In this document: piece by piece, positions 1 to 7,940 of the stretch | How the letters are laid out: each line of letters opens with the position of its first letter | Position numbering within the stretch: position 1 is the stretch's first letter | DNA from: an uncultured archaeon | GTDB taxonomy: Archaea; Hadarchaeota; Hadarchaeia; Hadarchaeales; WYZ-LMO6 | Direction of reading: 5' to 3' | Assembly: GCA_938074535.1 (NCBI GenBank) | Contig: CALJER010000046.1 | Span: 1 to 28,718, forward strand | DNA: 28,718 nt | The notes under the pieces: model-generated | What the model saw: only the letters and a program-made list of their open reading frames with translations | Told to the model about the DNA's origin: nothing | Database searches by the model: none | Made by a program: the position numbers and the translations under genes

Positions 1-739
1 GGAAGTCCACGAAGAACACGTACTCCCCCAGCACTCCCCTGTCCGGCCTGGATTCTATCCTGGTGAGGTTGATTCCCCTGGAGGAGAACTCCCTCAGGAT
101 CTCCTGCAGGATGCCCGGCCTGTCCTCCGCCAGCTCCAGCAGCACGGAGGTCTTCACGGGCTTGATGCCAGGAAGGGGCCGCCGGCTGAGGACGAAGAAC
201 CTGGTGAAGCTCAGGCCCTGGTCGTGGATGTTCCTCCTCACCACCTTCAGCCCGTAGATCCTGGCCGCCCTCTCCCCCGCCACGGCCGCCACGGAGGGAT
301 CGGAGGCCGCCAGCTCCGCCGCGGCCGCCGTGCTCGGCATCTCCCTGAGCTCCGCGTGCGGGAGGTTTTCCCTGAGGTACCTCCGGCAGTGGGAGAGGGC
401 CTGATGGTGGGAGGCCACCACCTTTATCCTCTTCAGGTCGCCGTGCCTGGCCAGCAGATGGTGGACCACGGGCATCCTGATCTCCCTCACCACCCTCAGC
501 CCGTGGTACCTGCGGAGGAGGTCAAGCACGAAGGGGACCCCCCCCTCCACCGAGTCCTCCACCGGAACCACTCCCAGCGATCCAGGATGGGTGGAAACGT
601 GCTCGAAGATCTCCGCCACCGGTGAGAGGTACCTCCTGCGGGCTCCCCCGGCCAGAAGGTCCTTCAGACCCTCCAGGGCCCTTTCCGTGTGTGTGCCCTC
701 CGGACCCAGCAGGGCCACCTCCTTCGGTGCGGCGCCCAT
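1..739 (-). CDS. pheA: Prephenate dehydratase with ACT domain, truncated at the window edge
   Basis: Not in the ORF track; I translated it by hand from ATG 739: MGAAPKEVALLGPEGTHTERA...GVVPVEDSVEGGV...VASHHQALSHCRRYL...STAAAAELAA...FTRFFVLS...EDRPGILQEILREFSSRGINLTRIESRP...EYVFFVDF. The LGPxGT, PxExSxEG, SHxQALxxC, TRF and INLTRIESRP motifs are typical of PheA. Confidence 0.95.
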   Translation of the reverse strand, partial: MGAAPKEVALLGPEGTHTERALEGLKDLLAGGARRRYLSPVAEIFEHVSTHPGSLGVVPVEDSVEGGVPFVLDLLRRYHGLRVVREIRMPVVHHLLARHGDLKRIKVVASHHQALSHCRRYLRENLPHAELREMPSTAAAAELAASDPSVAAVAGERAARIYGLKVVRRNIHDQGLSFTRFFVLSRRPLPGIKPVKTSVLLELAEDRPGILQEILREFSSRGINLTRIESRPDRGVLGEYVFFVDF

Positions 740-766
740 CCTCTCCCCCACCCTCCTCCACCACGG

Positions 767-1129
767 TTAAACCCTTTTGCCCTCCAGGAAGCGCCTGTTC
801 TCCTCGTCCAGCTTCAGGATGAGGGCCAGGGCCTCCTCCTCCGTCAGGAACCTCGCCGGCTTCCTTCCCTTCGGACACCTCACCGTCTCCACCACCCCGA
901 AGAGCCTGCAGGGGAGGAAGCGCACGGGCCAGATGGAGCACCGCCCTCCCTCCGCGTAGGGACACCCCTCCCCGACCTTCCCCGCCCTCTCCTCCCTCCC
1001 CCTCTCCCTCAGCCACCCGCGGACCCTCTCCTCCTCGAGGGGGGTCCGGCTGGGCCACAGGCAGCACTCGCTGCACCCCTCCTCGCACTCCATGGGGGGG
1101 ATCTCCTCCCAGAGGTCCTCCAGCGCCAT
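767..1129 (-). CDS. YkgJ-type (CxxxCxxCC) zinc/iron-chelating cysteine-cluster protein
   Basis: MALEDLWEEIPPMECEEGCSECCLW...CPYAEGGRCSIWPVRFLPCRLF...C. I placed the start at ATG 1129 rather than the track's 1375, because a TATA-like box lies ~30 bp upstream. Confidence 0.85.
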   Translation of the reverse strand: MALEDLWEEIPPMECEEGCSECCLWPSRTPLEEERVRGWLRERGREERAGKVGEGCPYAEGGRCSIWPVRFLPCRLFGVVETVRCPKGRKPARFLTEEEALALILKLDEENRRFLEGKRV

Positions 1130-1158
1130 CCTTCCAACGCAGCCCTCGGAGCGCGCCC

Positions 1159-1168
1159 TATAATAAAT
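1159..1168. promoter_or_regulatory. Divergent TATA-box region
   Basis: TATAATAAAT, an AT island in GC-rich DNA, ~30 bp upstream of ATG 1129 (-) and ~20-25 bp upstream of GTG 1186 (+). Confidence 0.6.
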
Positions 1169-1185
1169 CTCTTCCCGCACGCGCG

Positions 1186-1850
1186 GTGGGCCTGGAGAAG
1201 GTCGGGGAGCTGGCCCGAGGCTGGGAGCGGACCTCGTGGGAACATGCTCGGTGGGGAGGTGGAGGGCTGCGAACCCGTCCTGCCCCCAGCGCCTCCTCCC
1301 GCGCGGTTTTCCTCCGCGGACAGGGGAGGCCCCCTCCAGCAGCCTCAGGATGGCCCGGCACGACACGCGCTGCACCTACCAGAAGCTGGGACTGAGAGGG
1401 AGGGAGCTCGTTCGTTTCCCGGAGGGCCGCGGTTTTCCTTTCCGTGCCCTGGGGGAGGGAAAGCCCGGTCTGGGGGGAATTCTCCCCCGCCGTGCAGCCG
1501 GCTGGCGGTGACGGAGGTTCGGACCGAGGGTGGGGATGGGTGGCGTCCCGACCGAGGCCGCTCTGAAGTCGGAGGGGAAAAGGGGGGAGGGAATCTGCAG
1601 AAGACGGGGGAGGTGCGTGAAGGCCTGTCCGGTGAGCGCCGCAGAAGGAGAGGGGAAGGTGGACGTCTTCGCCTCGACCTCCCGCGGTACGGTCCCCCCG
1701 GGGCGGCGGCCTTCCCTCTCCTAGCTGGAGGACAGGGGGGCCGAGGAGAGAAGCCAGCCCGCCCTCGACCCGACCTTCCTGAACCTCGCAGACCACCGCC
1801 CCGGGCACCTACCACTGCTTCGAGTGCGTGAAGGCCGCCCGGCGGGAAGG
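1186..1850 (+). pseudogene. Decayed epoxyqueuosine reductase (QueG)-like cobalamin/4Fe-4S protein
   Basis: Fragments in shifting frames: LEKVGELARGW / ADLVGTCSVGRW...PQRLLP...YQKLGLRGRELVRFPEGRGF / stop at 1509-1511 / FGPRVGMGGVPTEAAL...ICRRRGRCVKACPVSA...VDVFA / stop at 1722-1724 / YHCFECVKA. Motif order matches the QueG-like family. There are at least two frameshifts, two stops and a lost Cys. Confidence 0.7.
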
Positions 1851-1860
1851 ATGCGCACCG

Positions 1861-2376
1861 CTACTCCCTGAAGACCTCGTGGCAGACGAGCTCGTCCAGC
1901 TCCTTCCTCCACTTGGGCAGGGGCTCGTCGGCCGGATACCCCACGGGAAGGAGGGCCACCACCTTGTACCTCTCTGGCACGCCCAGAGCCCTCCTGACCT
2001 CCTCCTGGGAGAAGGAGCCGATCCAGCAGGTCCCCAGGCCCTCCTGCACGGCCGCCAGCGTGAGGTGGTCCACCGCGATGGCCACGTCCACGGCGTACGA
2101 GGGGACCCCGCACCTCATCACCCTCTCCGGGTCCAGCGCCACGGCCGCTATCACCACCGGGGCCTCCGCCACGAAGTCCTGTCCCCCTGCCGCCTCCGCC
2201 AGCTTCTTCCTGCGCTCCGGGTCCCTGACCACCACCAGCTTCCAGGGCTGCAGGTTCTTGGCCGAGGGCGCCAGCCTGGCCGCCTCCAGCATCCTCCTCA
2301 ATGCCTCCTCCGGAACGGGATCGGGACGGTAGGCCCTCACGCTCCTGCGCTCCCTTATGGCCGAGTATACGTCCAT
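1861..2376 (-). CDS. Nitroreductase family flavoprotein
   Basis: RRSVRAY, ARLAPSAKNLQPW, DVAIAVDHLTLAAVQEGLGTCWIG and LPVGYP motifs. ATAAATA box on the - strand at ~2399-2405. Confidence 0.95.
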   Translation of the reverse strand: MDVYSAIRERRSVRAYRPDPVPEEALRRMLEAARLAPSAKNLQPWKLVVVRDPERRKKLAEAAGGQDFVAEAPVVIAAVALDPERVMRCGVPSYAVDVAIAVDHLTLAAVQEGLGTCWIGSFSQEEVRRALGVPERYKVVALLPVGYPADEPLPKWRKELDELVCHEVFRE

Positions 2377-2435
2377 CCCAACCCTCTTTCCCCGCGCGTA
2401 TTTATCCCGCTTCCCGGGGGCGAGAAAACCTCAGG

Positions 2436-2660
2436 CTATTCCTTCTTCTTCCTCCCCGGAGGATAGACGGTGAGGCCAGCCTTGCGCTTGGCCCCCGCCC
2501 AGGAGCCGAAGTGCCTGACCGCCGCGCTCACCAGGGAGGGCGGGACCTCCCGCGCCTTGGGCGCCCTCCCGTGCTTGCGGGCCCACTCCCTCATCTCGGA
2601 GAGCACGCGCTCCTCGCTCCACCTCTCATACTTCCTCTTGCCGAACTTCAGAAAACCCAT
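2436..2660 (-). CDS. Small basic protein with a single homing-endonuclease-associated (HNH_repeat-like) helical unit, putative DNA binding
   Basis: WSEERVLSEMREWARKHGRAP...HFGSWAGAKRKAGL; FGSWxxAxxxAGL is the signature of that repeat. GGAGG and a T-rich TATA-like box lie upstream. Confidence 0.7.
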   Translation of the reverse strand: MGFLKFGKRKYERWSEERVLSEMREWARKHGRAPKAREVPPSLVSAAVRHFGSWAGAKRKAGLTVYPPGRKKKE

Positions 2661-2700
2661 TTTTCCACCCTTTCCCTCCTCCCTCCCCCTCTAAAAACTT

Positions 2701-2940
2701 TTAACCCATGCCCCTCAGCATCAGGAGGACGAACAGGAGGGCCAGCGCCAGGCCCAGGACCGCCATCACCCTGGCGATGGCCTCGCCGGTGCCGAAGGCT
2801 ATGGGGAAGGGACCTACCACCACCACCCCTCCCCCCTCCACCCTCCCCCTCTCCGCCATCCCCCACATCCCGAGGGTGAGGAGGAGGAGGCCCGCCACCA
2901 GGAGCAGGAAGCCAGCCAGCAGGAGCACCTCAGGCCTCAC
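2701..2940 (-). CDS. DUF131 / TIGR00304-type archaeal two-TM membrane protein
   Basis: Two hydrophobic helices flanking GGGVVVVGPFPIAFGT, the DUF131 motif. Confidence 0.85.
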   Translation of the reverse strand: MRPEVLLLAGFLLLVAGLLLLTLGMWGMAERGRVEGGGVVVVGPFPIAFGTGEAIARVMAVLGLALALLFVLLMLRGMG

Positions 2941-2959
2941 CTCTCTCCTTTCCCCAGGC

Positions 2960-2970
2960 AGTTTTTAACT
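2960..2970. promoter_or_regulatory. Shared divergent TATA region for the DUF131 gene and the ubiX operon
   Basis: GTTTTTAACT lies ~25-30 bp from ATG 2994 (+) and ~20-30 bp from GTG 2940 (-). Confidence 0.55.
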
Positions 2971-2993
2971 CCCTCCGCGCCAGAGAGGAAGGG

Positions 2994-3551
2994 ATGCACC
3001 TCATCGTGGCCCTCACTGGCTCCAGCGGGATCGTTTACGGAGTGCGCTTCCTGGAGGTCTGCCGGGAGCTGGGGGTGGAGACCGACCTCATCCTCTCGGA
3101 GGCGGGAAGGAAAATCCTGAAGGTGGAAGCGGAAAGGGAGCCGGAGGAGGTGGAAAGGCTGGCCACCAGGAGCTACGGGGAGGACGAGCTCACCTCTCCC
3201 CTCTCCAGCGGCTCCCATCCGGTGGACGGGATGGTGATCGTTCCCTGCAGCATGAAGACCCTGGCCTGCGTGGCGAACGGGGTGGCCGGCAACCTCATCA
3301 CCAGGGCGGCCGACGTCATGCTCAAGCAGGGGAGGCCCCTCGTGCTGGTGCCGCGCGAGACCCCCCTCAGCCTCATCCACCTGGAGAACCTGGTGAAGGC
3401 GAAGAGGGCCGGCGCGGTGGTCCTTCCCGCCTGCCCCGCCTTCTACCACGGACCCAGGAGCATAGGCGACCTGGTGGATTTCGTGGTGGGCAAGATCCTG
3501 GACGTGCTGGGGGTGGAGCACCGCCTCTACCGGAGGTGGGGGGGAGGATGA
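2994..3551 (+). CDS. ubiX: Flavin prenyltransferase (prFMN synthase)
   Basis: IVALTGSSGIVYG, SSGS, IVPCSMKTLA, LITRAADVMLKQGRPLVLVPRETP and PAFYH motifs. Confidence 0.97.
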   Translation: MHLIVALTGSSGIVYGVRFLEVCRELGVETDLILSEAGRKILKVEAEREPEEVERLATRSYGEDELTSPLSSGSHPVDGMVIVPCSMKTLACVANGVAGNLITRAADVMLKQGRPLVLVPRETPLSLIHLENLVKAKRAGAVVLPACPAFYHGPRSIGDLVDFVVGKILDVLGVEHRLYRRWGGG

Positions 3552-4798
3552 GCCTCAGCGGCTTCGTGGACAAGCTGGAGAGAAGGGGGCTGCTCCTGAA
3601 GGTGAAGCGGGAGGTGAGCCCCAGATACGAAATCACCTCCTGGCTGCTGAAGGCCGGGGAGAAGCCCGTGAAGTTCGAGAGGGTGAAGGGCTCCTCCTTT
3701 CCCGTGGTCTCCAACGTGTGCGCCTCCAGGGAGCTGGTGGCCCTGGCCCTGGGGGTCAGGCCCCAGAACCTCCTGCGCACCCTGCTGAGGGCCATAGAGC
3801 ACCCGAAGGAACCCGAGAGGGTGAAGGCCAGGGGATACAGGGAGCTTCCCCCGGACCTGGGAAGGCTCCCCATCCTCCTCCACTACCCCTTCGACGGGGG
3901 GAAGTACCTCACGGGAGGGGTGGTGGTGGCCAGGGACCCGGAGCTGGGCCTCAACCTGTCCTTCCACAGGATGATGGTGGTGGGAAGGGACAGGGTGGTG
4001 GTGAGGATCCTCCCCCGCCACTTCCACACCTTCCTGGAGAGGGGGCTGAGGGAGTTCGCCGTGTGCATAGGATGCGACGTGCACGTCCTCCTCTCCGCCG
4101 CCACCTCCCTGGAGCTCGGAAGGAGCGAGCTGGGGATGGCCGGCGCCCTGCGCAGGACGAGGGTGGTGGAGCTGGGAGGGCAGCTGGTGCCCGAGGCGGA
4201 GATGGTGATGCTCATGGAGATGACGGATGAGGAGAGGGAGGAGGGGCCCTTCCTGGACCTCACGGGGACCCCCGACCTGGTGAGAAAGCAGAGGGTGGCC
4301 AGGGTGAGGAGGCTCTTCGTGAGGGAGGGCGCCCTCTACCACGCCATCCTCCCGGGAGGGCCGGAGCACAGGGTCCTGATGGGCATGCCCAGGGAGCCCA
4401 CCATCTTCAGGGAGGTGAGCAGGGTGTGCGAGTGCAGGGACGTTTACCTCACGCCCGGAGGATGCTCCTGGCTGCACGCGGTGGTGAGCATAAGGAAGAA
4501 GGGACCGGAGGACGGGAAAAAGGCCGCAGAGGCGGCCTTCAGGGGGCATCCTTCCCTCAAGCACGTCTGGGTGGTGGACGAGGATGTGGACCCCAGGAAC
4601 CCGCAGGAGGTGGAGTGGGCCATGGCCACGCGCTTCCAGGGGGAGAGGGGAATGGTGGTGAGGAGGGAGAGGGGCTCCTCGCTGGATCCCTCCGCCGACC
4701 CCGAAACGGGGCTCACCACGAAGGTGGGCTTCGATCTCACCATCCCCTCCGACCGCCCGCGCTCCCTCTTCCTCCGCCCTCCTCCTCCGGGGAGGTGA
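3548..4798 (+). CDS. ubiD: UbiD-family prFMN decarboxylase, probably trans-anhydromevalonate 5-phosphate decarboxylase
   Basis: DGGKYLTGG, NLSFHRM, EGPFLDLTGT (the Asp variant typical of the archaeal AMPD clade), GGCSWLH, VVDEDVD...EVEWAMATR, GSSLDPS, TKVGFDLT. ATG 3548 overlaps the ubiX stop (ATGA). Confidence 0.93.
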   Translation: MSLSGFVDKLERRGLLLKVKREVSPRYEITSWLLKAGEKPVKFERVKGSSFPVVSNVCASRELVALALGVRPQNLLRTLLRAIEHPKEPERVKARGYRELPPDLGRLPILLHYPFDGGKYLTGGVVVARDPELGLNLSFHRMMVVGRDRVVVRILPRHFHTFLERGLREFAVCIGCDVHVLLSAATSLELGRSELGMAGALRRTRVVELGGQLVPEAEMVMLMEMTDEEREEGPFLDLTGTPDLVRKQRVARVRRLFVREGALYHAILPGGPEHRVLMGMPREPTIFREVSRVCECRDVYLTPGGCSWLHAVVSIRKKGPEDGKKAAEAAFRGHPSLKHVWVVDEDVDPRNPQEVEWAMATRFQGERGMVVRRERGSSLDPSADPETGLTTKVGFDLTIPSDRPRSLFLRPPPPGR

Positions 4799-4802
4799 GG
4801 GG

Positions 4803-5984
4803 ATGTACCTGAGCAGGGAGCAGGAGAGGATGCTGGAGGGGGAGGAGGGGGAGGTGGTGGAGAGGATGTTCCGCCTCCTCGTCCGCCTGGGGGACCTGTA
4901 CGGGGCGGACAGGATGATCCCCGTCTCCTCCTGCCAGGTTTCGGGAGTCTCCTACAAGTCGGTGGGGGATCCGGGGCTGGAGTTCCTGGAGGACCTGGCA
5001 GAGAAGGGGGCAAGGGTGAGGGTGAGGACCGCCCTGAACCCGGCGGGTCTGGATCTGGAGGAGTGGAGGGAGATGGGCTTCCCGGAGGACTTCGCGGCGA
5101 AGCAGCTCAGGATCCTGGAGGCCTTCAGGAAGCTGGGGGCGGAGCCCACCGTCACCTGCACCCCCTACCTGGCGGGGGTGGTCCCCTCGAGGGGAGAGCA
5201 CCTGGCCTGGTCTGAGTCGTCGGCCGTGGCCTTCTCGAACTCGGTGCTGGGGGCCAGGACGAACAGGGAGGGGGGACCCTCCGCCCTGGCCGCGGCGATC
5301 TGCGGGCTCACCCCCAGGTACGGCCTGCACCTGGAGGAGAACAGGAGGCCCACCGTCCTGGTGGAGGTGGAGGGGGAGCTGGAGGGGCCCTGGGACTTCG
5401 GCGCCCTGGGGTACTGGGCGGGCAGGGAGGTGGGGGGGGAGATACCGCACTTCAGGGGCATAAAGAAGGCGGGGACCGACGAGCTCAAGGCGCTGGGGGC
5501 CGCCATGGCCGCCTCGGGCGCGGTGGCCCTCTTCCACGTGGAGGGGATCACCCCCGAGGCCGACCCCGAGAAGACCAGAGGGCTGGAAAGGGTGAGGGCG
5601 GGGAGAGAAGAAATAAGGAGGTCCTACGAGCTCCTCACCACCGGGGAAGAGCCAGAATTGGTGGTGCTGGGATGCCCGCACGCCTCCCCGGAGGAGCTCT
5701 CGCGCGCGGCCTCCCTGCTGGAGAAAAGGGGGAAAAGGCCCGTGTGGATCTGCACCAGCAGGAGGGTCAAGGAGGAGGCCTCCCGCTCCGGGCTGCGGAG
5801 GAAGGTGGAGGAGGCGGGGGGAAGGCTGGTGGCCGACACCTGCGCCGTGGTCTCCCCCCTCGAAAGGCTGGGCTTCAAAACGGTGGGGGTGGACTCGGCC
5901 AAGGCCGCCCACTACCTGCCGGGCCTGTGCGGGGTCAAGGTGGTCTTCTCCTCCCCGGAGAAGCTGCTGGGGGGAAGGAAGTGA
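4803..5984 (+). CDS. Aconitase X catalytic subunit (DUF521), probably phosphomevalonate dehydratase large subunit
   Basis: MYLSREQERMLEGEEG, QVSGVSYK, LNPAG, TCTPYL, AWSESSAVAFSNSVLGARTNREGGPSALAAAICG, LFHVEGITPEA, LGCPH, DTCAVVSP, DSAKAAHY. Confidence 0.93.
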   Translation: MYLSREQERMLEGEEGEVVERMFRLLVRLGDLYGADRMIPVSSCQVSGVSYKSVGDPGLEFLEDLAEKGARVRVRTALNPAGLDLEEWREMGFPEDFAAKQLRILEAFRKLGAEPTVTCTPYLAGVVPSRGEHLAWSESSAVAFSNSVLGARTNREGGPSALAAAICGLTPRYGLHLEENRRPTVLVEVEGELEGPWDFGALGYWAGREVGGEIPHFRGIKKAGTDELKALGAAMAASGAVALFHVEGITPEADPEKTRGLERVRAGREEIRRSYELLTTGEEPELVVLGCPHASPEELSRAASLLEKRGKRPVWICTSRRVKEEASRSGLRRKVEEAGGRLVADTCAVVSPLERLGFKTVGVDSAKAAHYLPGLCGVKVVFSSPEKLLGGRK

Positions 5985-6388
5985 GGGGCAGAACGGTGAA
6001 CCCTGGGAAGGCCAGGGGGGAGGCCCTGGTCTCGCGCTCCCCCCTGAGCTTCTACGGTGGGGTGGACCCGAAGACGGGGATGGTGGTGGAGAGGGGGCAC
6101 GAGCTGGAGGGGAAGTGCGTGAAGGGGAAGATCCTGGTCTTCCCCAGGGGGAAGGGGTCCACCGTGGGCTCCTACGTGATCTACGCCCTGAAGAAGAACG
6201 GGGCCGCGCCCCTGGCGGTGGTGAACGAGGAGACGGAGCCCATCGTGGCGGCCGGGGTCATTCTGGCCGACATCCCCTGCGTGGACAGGGTGGACCTGAG
6301 CCTGCTGGAGACGGGGGACCTGGTGGAGGTGGATGCGGACAGGGGAAGGGTGGAGGTGCTCAAGCGCCGGTGGGAACCCTTCCCGTGA
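5981..6388 (+). CDS. Aconitase X swivelling subunit (DUF126), probably phosphomevalonate dehydratase small subunit
   Basis: GEALVSRSPLSFYGGVDPKTG...HELEG...KILVFPRGKGSTVGSYV...APLAVV. GTG 5981 overlaps the upstream stop (GTGA). Confidence 0.93.
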   Translation: MRGRTVNPGKARGEALVSRSPLSFYGGVDPKTGMVVERGHELEGKCVKGKILVFPRGKGSTVGSYVIYALKKNGAAPLAVVNEETEPIVAAGVILADIPCVDRVDLSLLETGDLVEVDADRGRVEVLKRRWEPFP

Positions 6389-6425
6389 CCCCAAAGCTTT
6401 TAAACCTTTTTTCCATTTTTCCTTT

Positions 6426-6572
6426 ATGCCCAAGAGGACCAAACCCAAGAAGAAGAAAAAGAAGCCTGCGCCGAAGCCCTCACCCGAGCCCCAGCCCGAG
6501 CCCCAGCCTGAGGCCGAACCCGCCGCCGAAGCTCTGGAAGAGGAGTGGGAGAGCGGGGAAGAGGTCTACTGA
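6426..6572 (+). CDS. 48-aa low-complexity protein: Lys-rich N terminus, Pro/Glu/Gln linker, acidic C terminus
   Basis: MPKRTKPKKKKKKPAPKPSPEPQPEPQPEAEPAAEALEEEWESGEEVY. It has its own TTTTAAA box at ~6398-6404 and an oligo-T tract after the stop. Confidence 0.6.
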   Translation: MPKRTKPKKKKKKPAPKPSPEPQPEPQPEAEPAAEALEEEWESGEEVY

Positions 6573-6593
6573 GGCCTCCCGCTCCGGCGCGGC

Positions 6594-6607
6594 CCTTTTT
6601 TCTTTTC
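6594..6607 (+). terminator. Oligo-T archaeal terminator candidate
   Basis: CCTTTTTTCTTTTC, ~22 bp after stop 6572, between convergent genes. Confidence 0.5.
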
Positions 6608-6608
6608 C

Positions 6609-7868
6609 TCAGAGGGTCCGGCAGTCGAAGAAGTACCGGGTGATCTCTATCATGTCCAGCTGTCTGCCGCCCATCCAGAGGGTGAGCATCTTGGAGTCCC
6701 TCCAGTGCTTCTCCACGTCGAACTCCCTGGAGTAGCCGTAGGAGCCCATGAGCTCCATGGCCCTGTTGGTGCAGTGCACGGCCTGGTCGCTGCAGAAGAG
6801 GGAGACCGCCCTGGTCTTCGCCACGATCTTCTCCGACCAGGGTTCACCGTAGATCTCCGGGTGGTCGTACATCCTGGCCGCCATGTAGAGGGAGTGGGTG
6901 CAGATCTCCGCGGCGGTGGCGATCTCGCTCAGGTTGACCGCGCTTATGGAGTGCTCCTTCAGGGGCTTCCCGGCCACCACCCTCTCGTCCACCCACCTCT
7001 TCAGGATCTCGTAGGTGTCCTTGATCACCCCCACGGAGAAACCGGCGGTGGCGATGTTGGCTATGGTGATGAGCTCCCTGAAGTACTTGGCGTCGAGACC
7101 GGGACCGTGGGCCCTGTAGTAAGCCGGGACCCTCACGTCCTCGAACCAGATGTCCGTGTTCATGTCCGCGGCCATCCCGGCCTTCTGGTAGGGCTCCCCC
7201 ACCCTCACCCCCTCGGCATCCGCGGGGACGTAGATGTAGGCTATTCCCTCCTCCCCGGCGGAGGGGTTGGTGGTGCAGACCACCCCGAAGAGGTCGGCCA
7301 TCCTCCCGGAGTTGGTGGGCCAGATCTTGTGCCCCCTGATCACCCACTCGTCCCCCTCCAGCCTGGCGGTGGTCCTGATGGTCCTGCCCTTCATGGCCCC
7401 AAGGTTCTCTATGTCGGAACCCCCCTGCGGCTCCGTCATGGCGTTGCAGCCCACGTAGAGCTCCTCCCCGCAGAACTTCGGGGCGAACTCCTCTATCAGC
7501 CTCTGGTTCTTGTGGGGCTCCACCGCGATCATCACCATGGGCCACATGGAGACCATCACGGAGACGGCGAAGCCGGAGTCCAGCCTTCCCAGCTCCTCGC
7601 TCATCACCGCCGTCATGGTCCCCAGCACCTCCCTGGGGAGGCCCAGGCCTCCGTACTCCTCCGGCCAGAGGGCCTTGTTCATTCCCAGGTCCACCAGCAC
7701 CTCCTTCAGGAGGGGCTCCACTATCTTATGCTCCCTCCAGTCCTCGTCGATCTTCCTCCTGAGGGGGCGGTACCTCCTTTCCCCGAAGTCCCTGACCATC
7801 TGAGCGAACTGCTGGGCCACGTCAGGGATCCATTCCACCGGCCTGGTGAAGTCGTCGGCCGTCGGCAC
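6609..7868 (-). CDS. Acyl-CoA dehydrogenase family flavoprotein (atypical C-terminal motif)
   Basis: WPEEYGGLG, EELGRLDSG, NAMTEPQGGSD, WVIRGHKIWPTN, FEDVRVP, AMELMGSYGYSREFDVEKHWRDSK. GTG 7868 follows GGAGG; the track's extension to 8699 overlaps the opposite gene. Confidence 0.92.
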   Translation of the reverse strand: MPTADDFTRPVEWIPDVAQQFAQMVRDFGERRYRPLRRKIDEDWREHKIVEPLLKEVLVDLGMNKALWPEEYGGLGLPREVLGTMTAVMSEELGRLDSGFAVSVMVSMWPMVMIAVEPHKNQRLIEEFAPKFCGEELYVGCNAMTEPQGGSDIENLGAMKGRTIRTTARLEGDEWVIRGHKIWPTNSGRMADLFGVVCTTNPSAGEEGIAYIYVPADAEGVRVGEPYQKAGMAADMNTDIWFEDVRVPAYYRAHGPGLDAKYFRELITIANIATAGFSVGVIKDTYEILKRWVDERVVAGKPLKEHSISAVNLSEIATAAEICTHSLYMAARMYDHPEIYGEPWSEKIVAKTRAVSLFCSDQAVHCTNRAMELMGSYGYSREFDVEKHWRDSKMLTLWMGGRQLDMIEITRYFFDCRTL

Positions 7869-7890
7869 CGTCTTCCCTCCGTATGCCCCT

Positions 7891-7925
7891 CTATAAGTTT
7901 TACCGGCACCCGCAGGTTTTATACT
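7891..7925. promoter_or_regulatory. Back-to-back TATA boxes
   Basis: - strand AAAACTTATA at ~7892-7901, upstream of the acyl-CoA dehydrogenase; + strand TTTTATA at ~7917-7923, upstream of TTG 7941/7950. Confidence 0.55.
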
Positions 7926-7940
7926 CCCTCCCGAGGAAGC

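Noticed and set aside
1509-1724. TGA and TAG as selenocysteine/pyrrolysine read-through
   Set aside because: Frameshifts and deletions are also needed, and the stops are not at Cys-motif positions.
1170-1860. GC-rich ORF-poor gap as a structured RNA gene (RNase P or SRP RNA)
   Set aside because: I found no RNase P or SRP consensus motifs, and ordered protein motifs explain the gap as a pseudogene.
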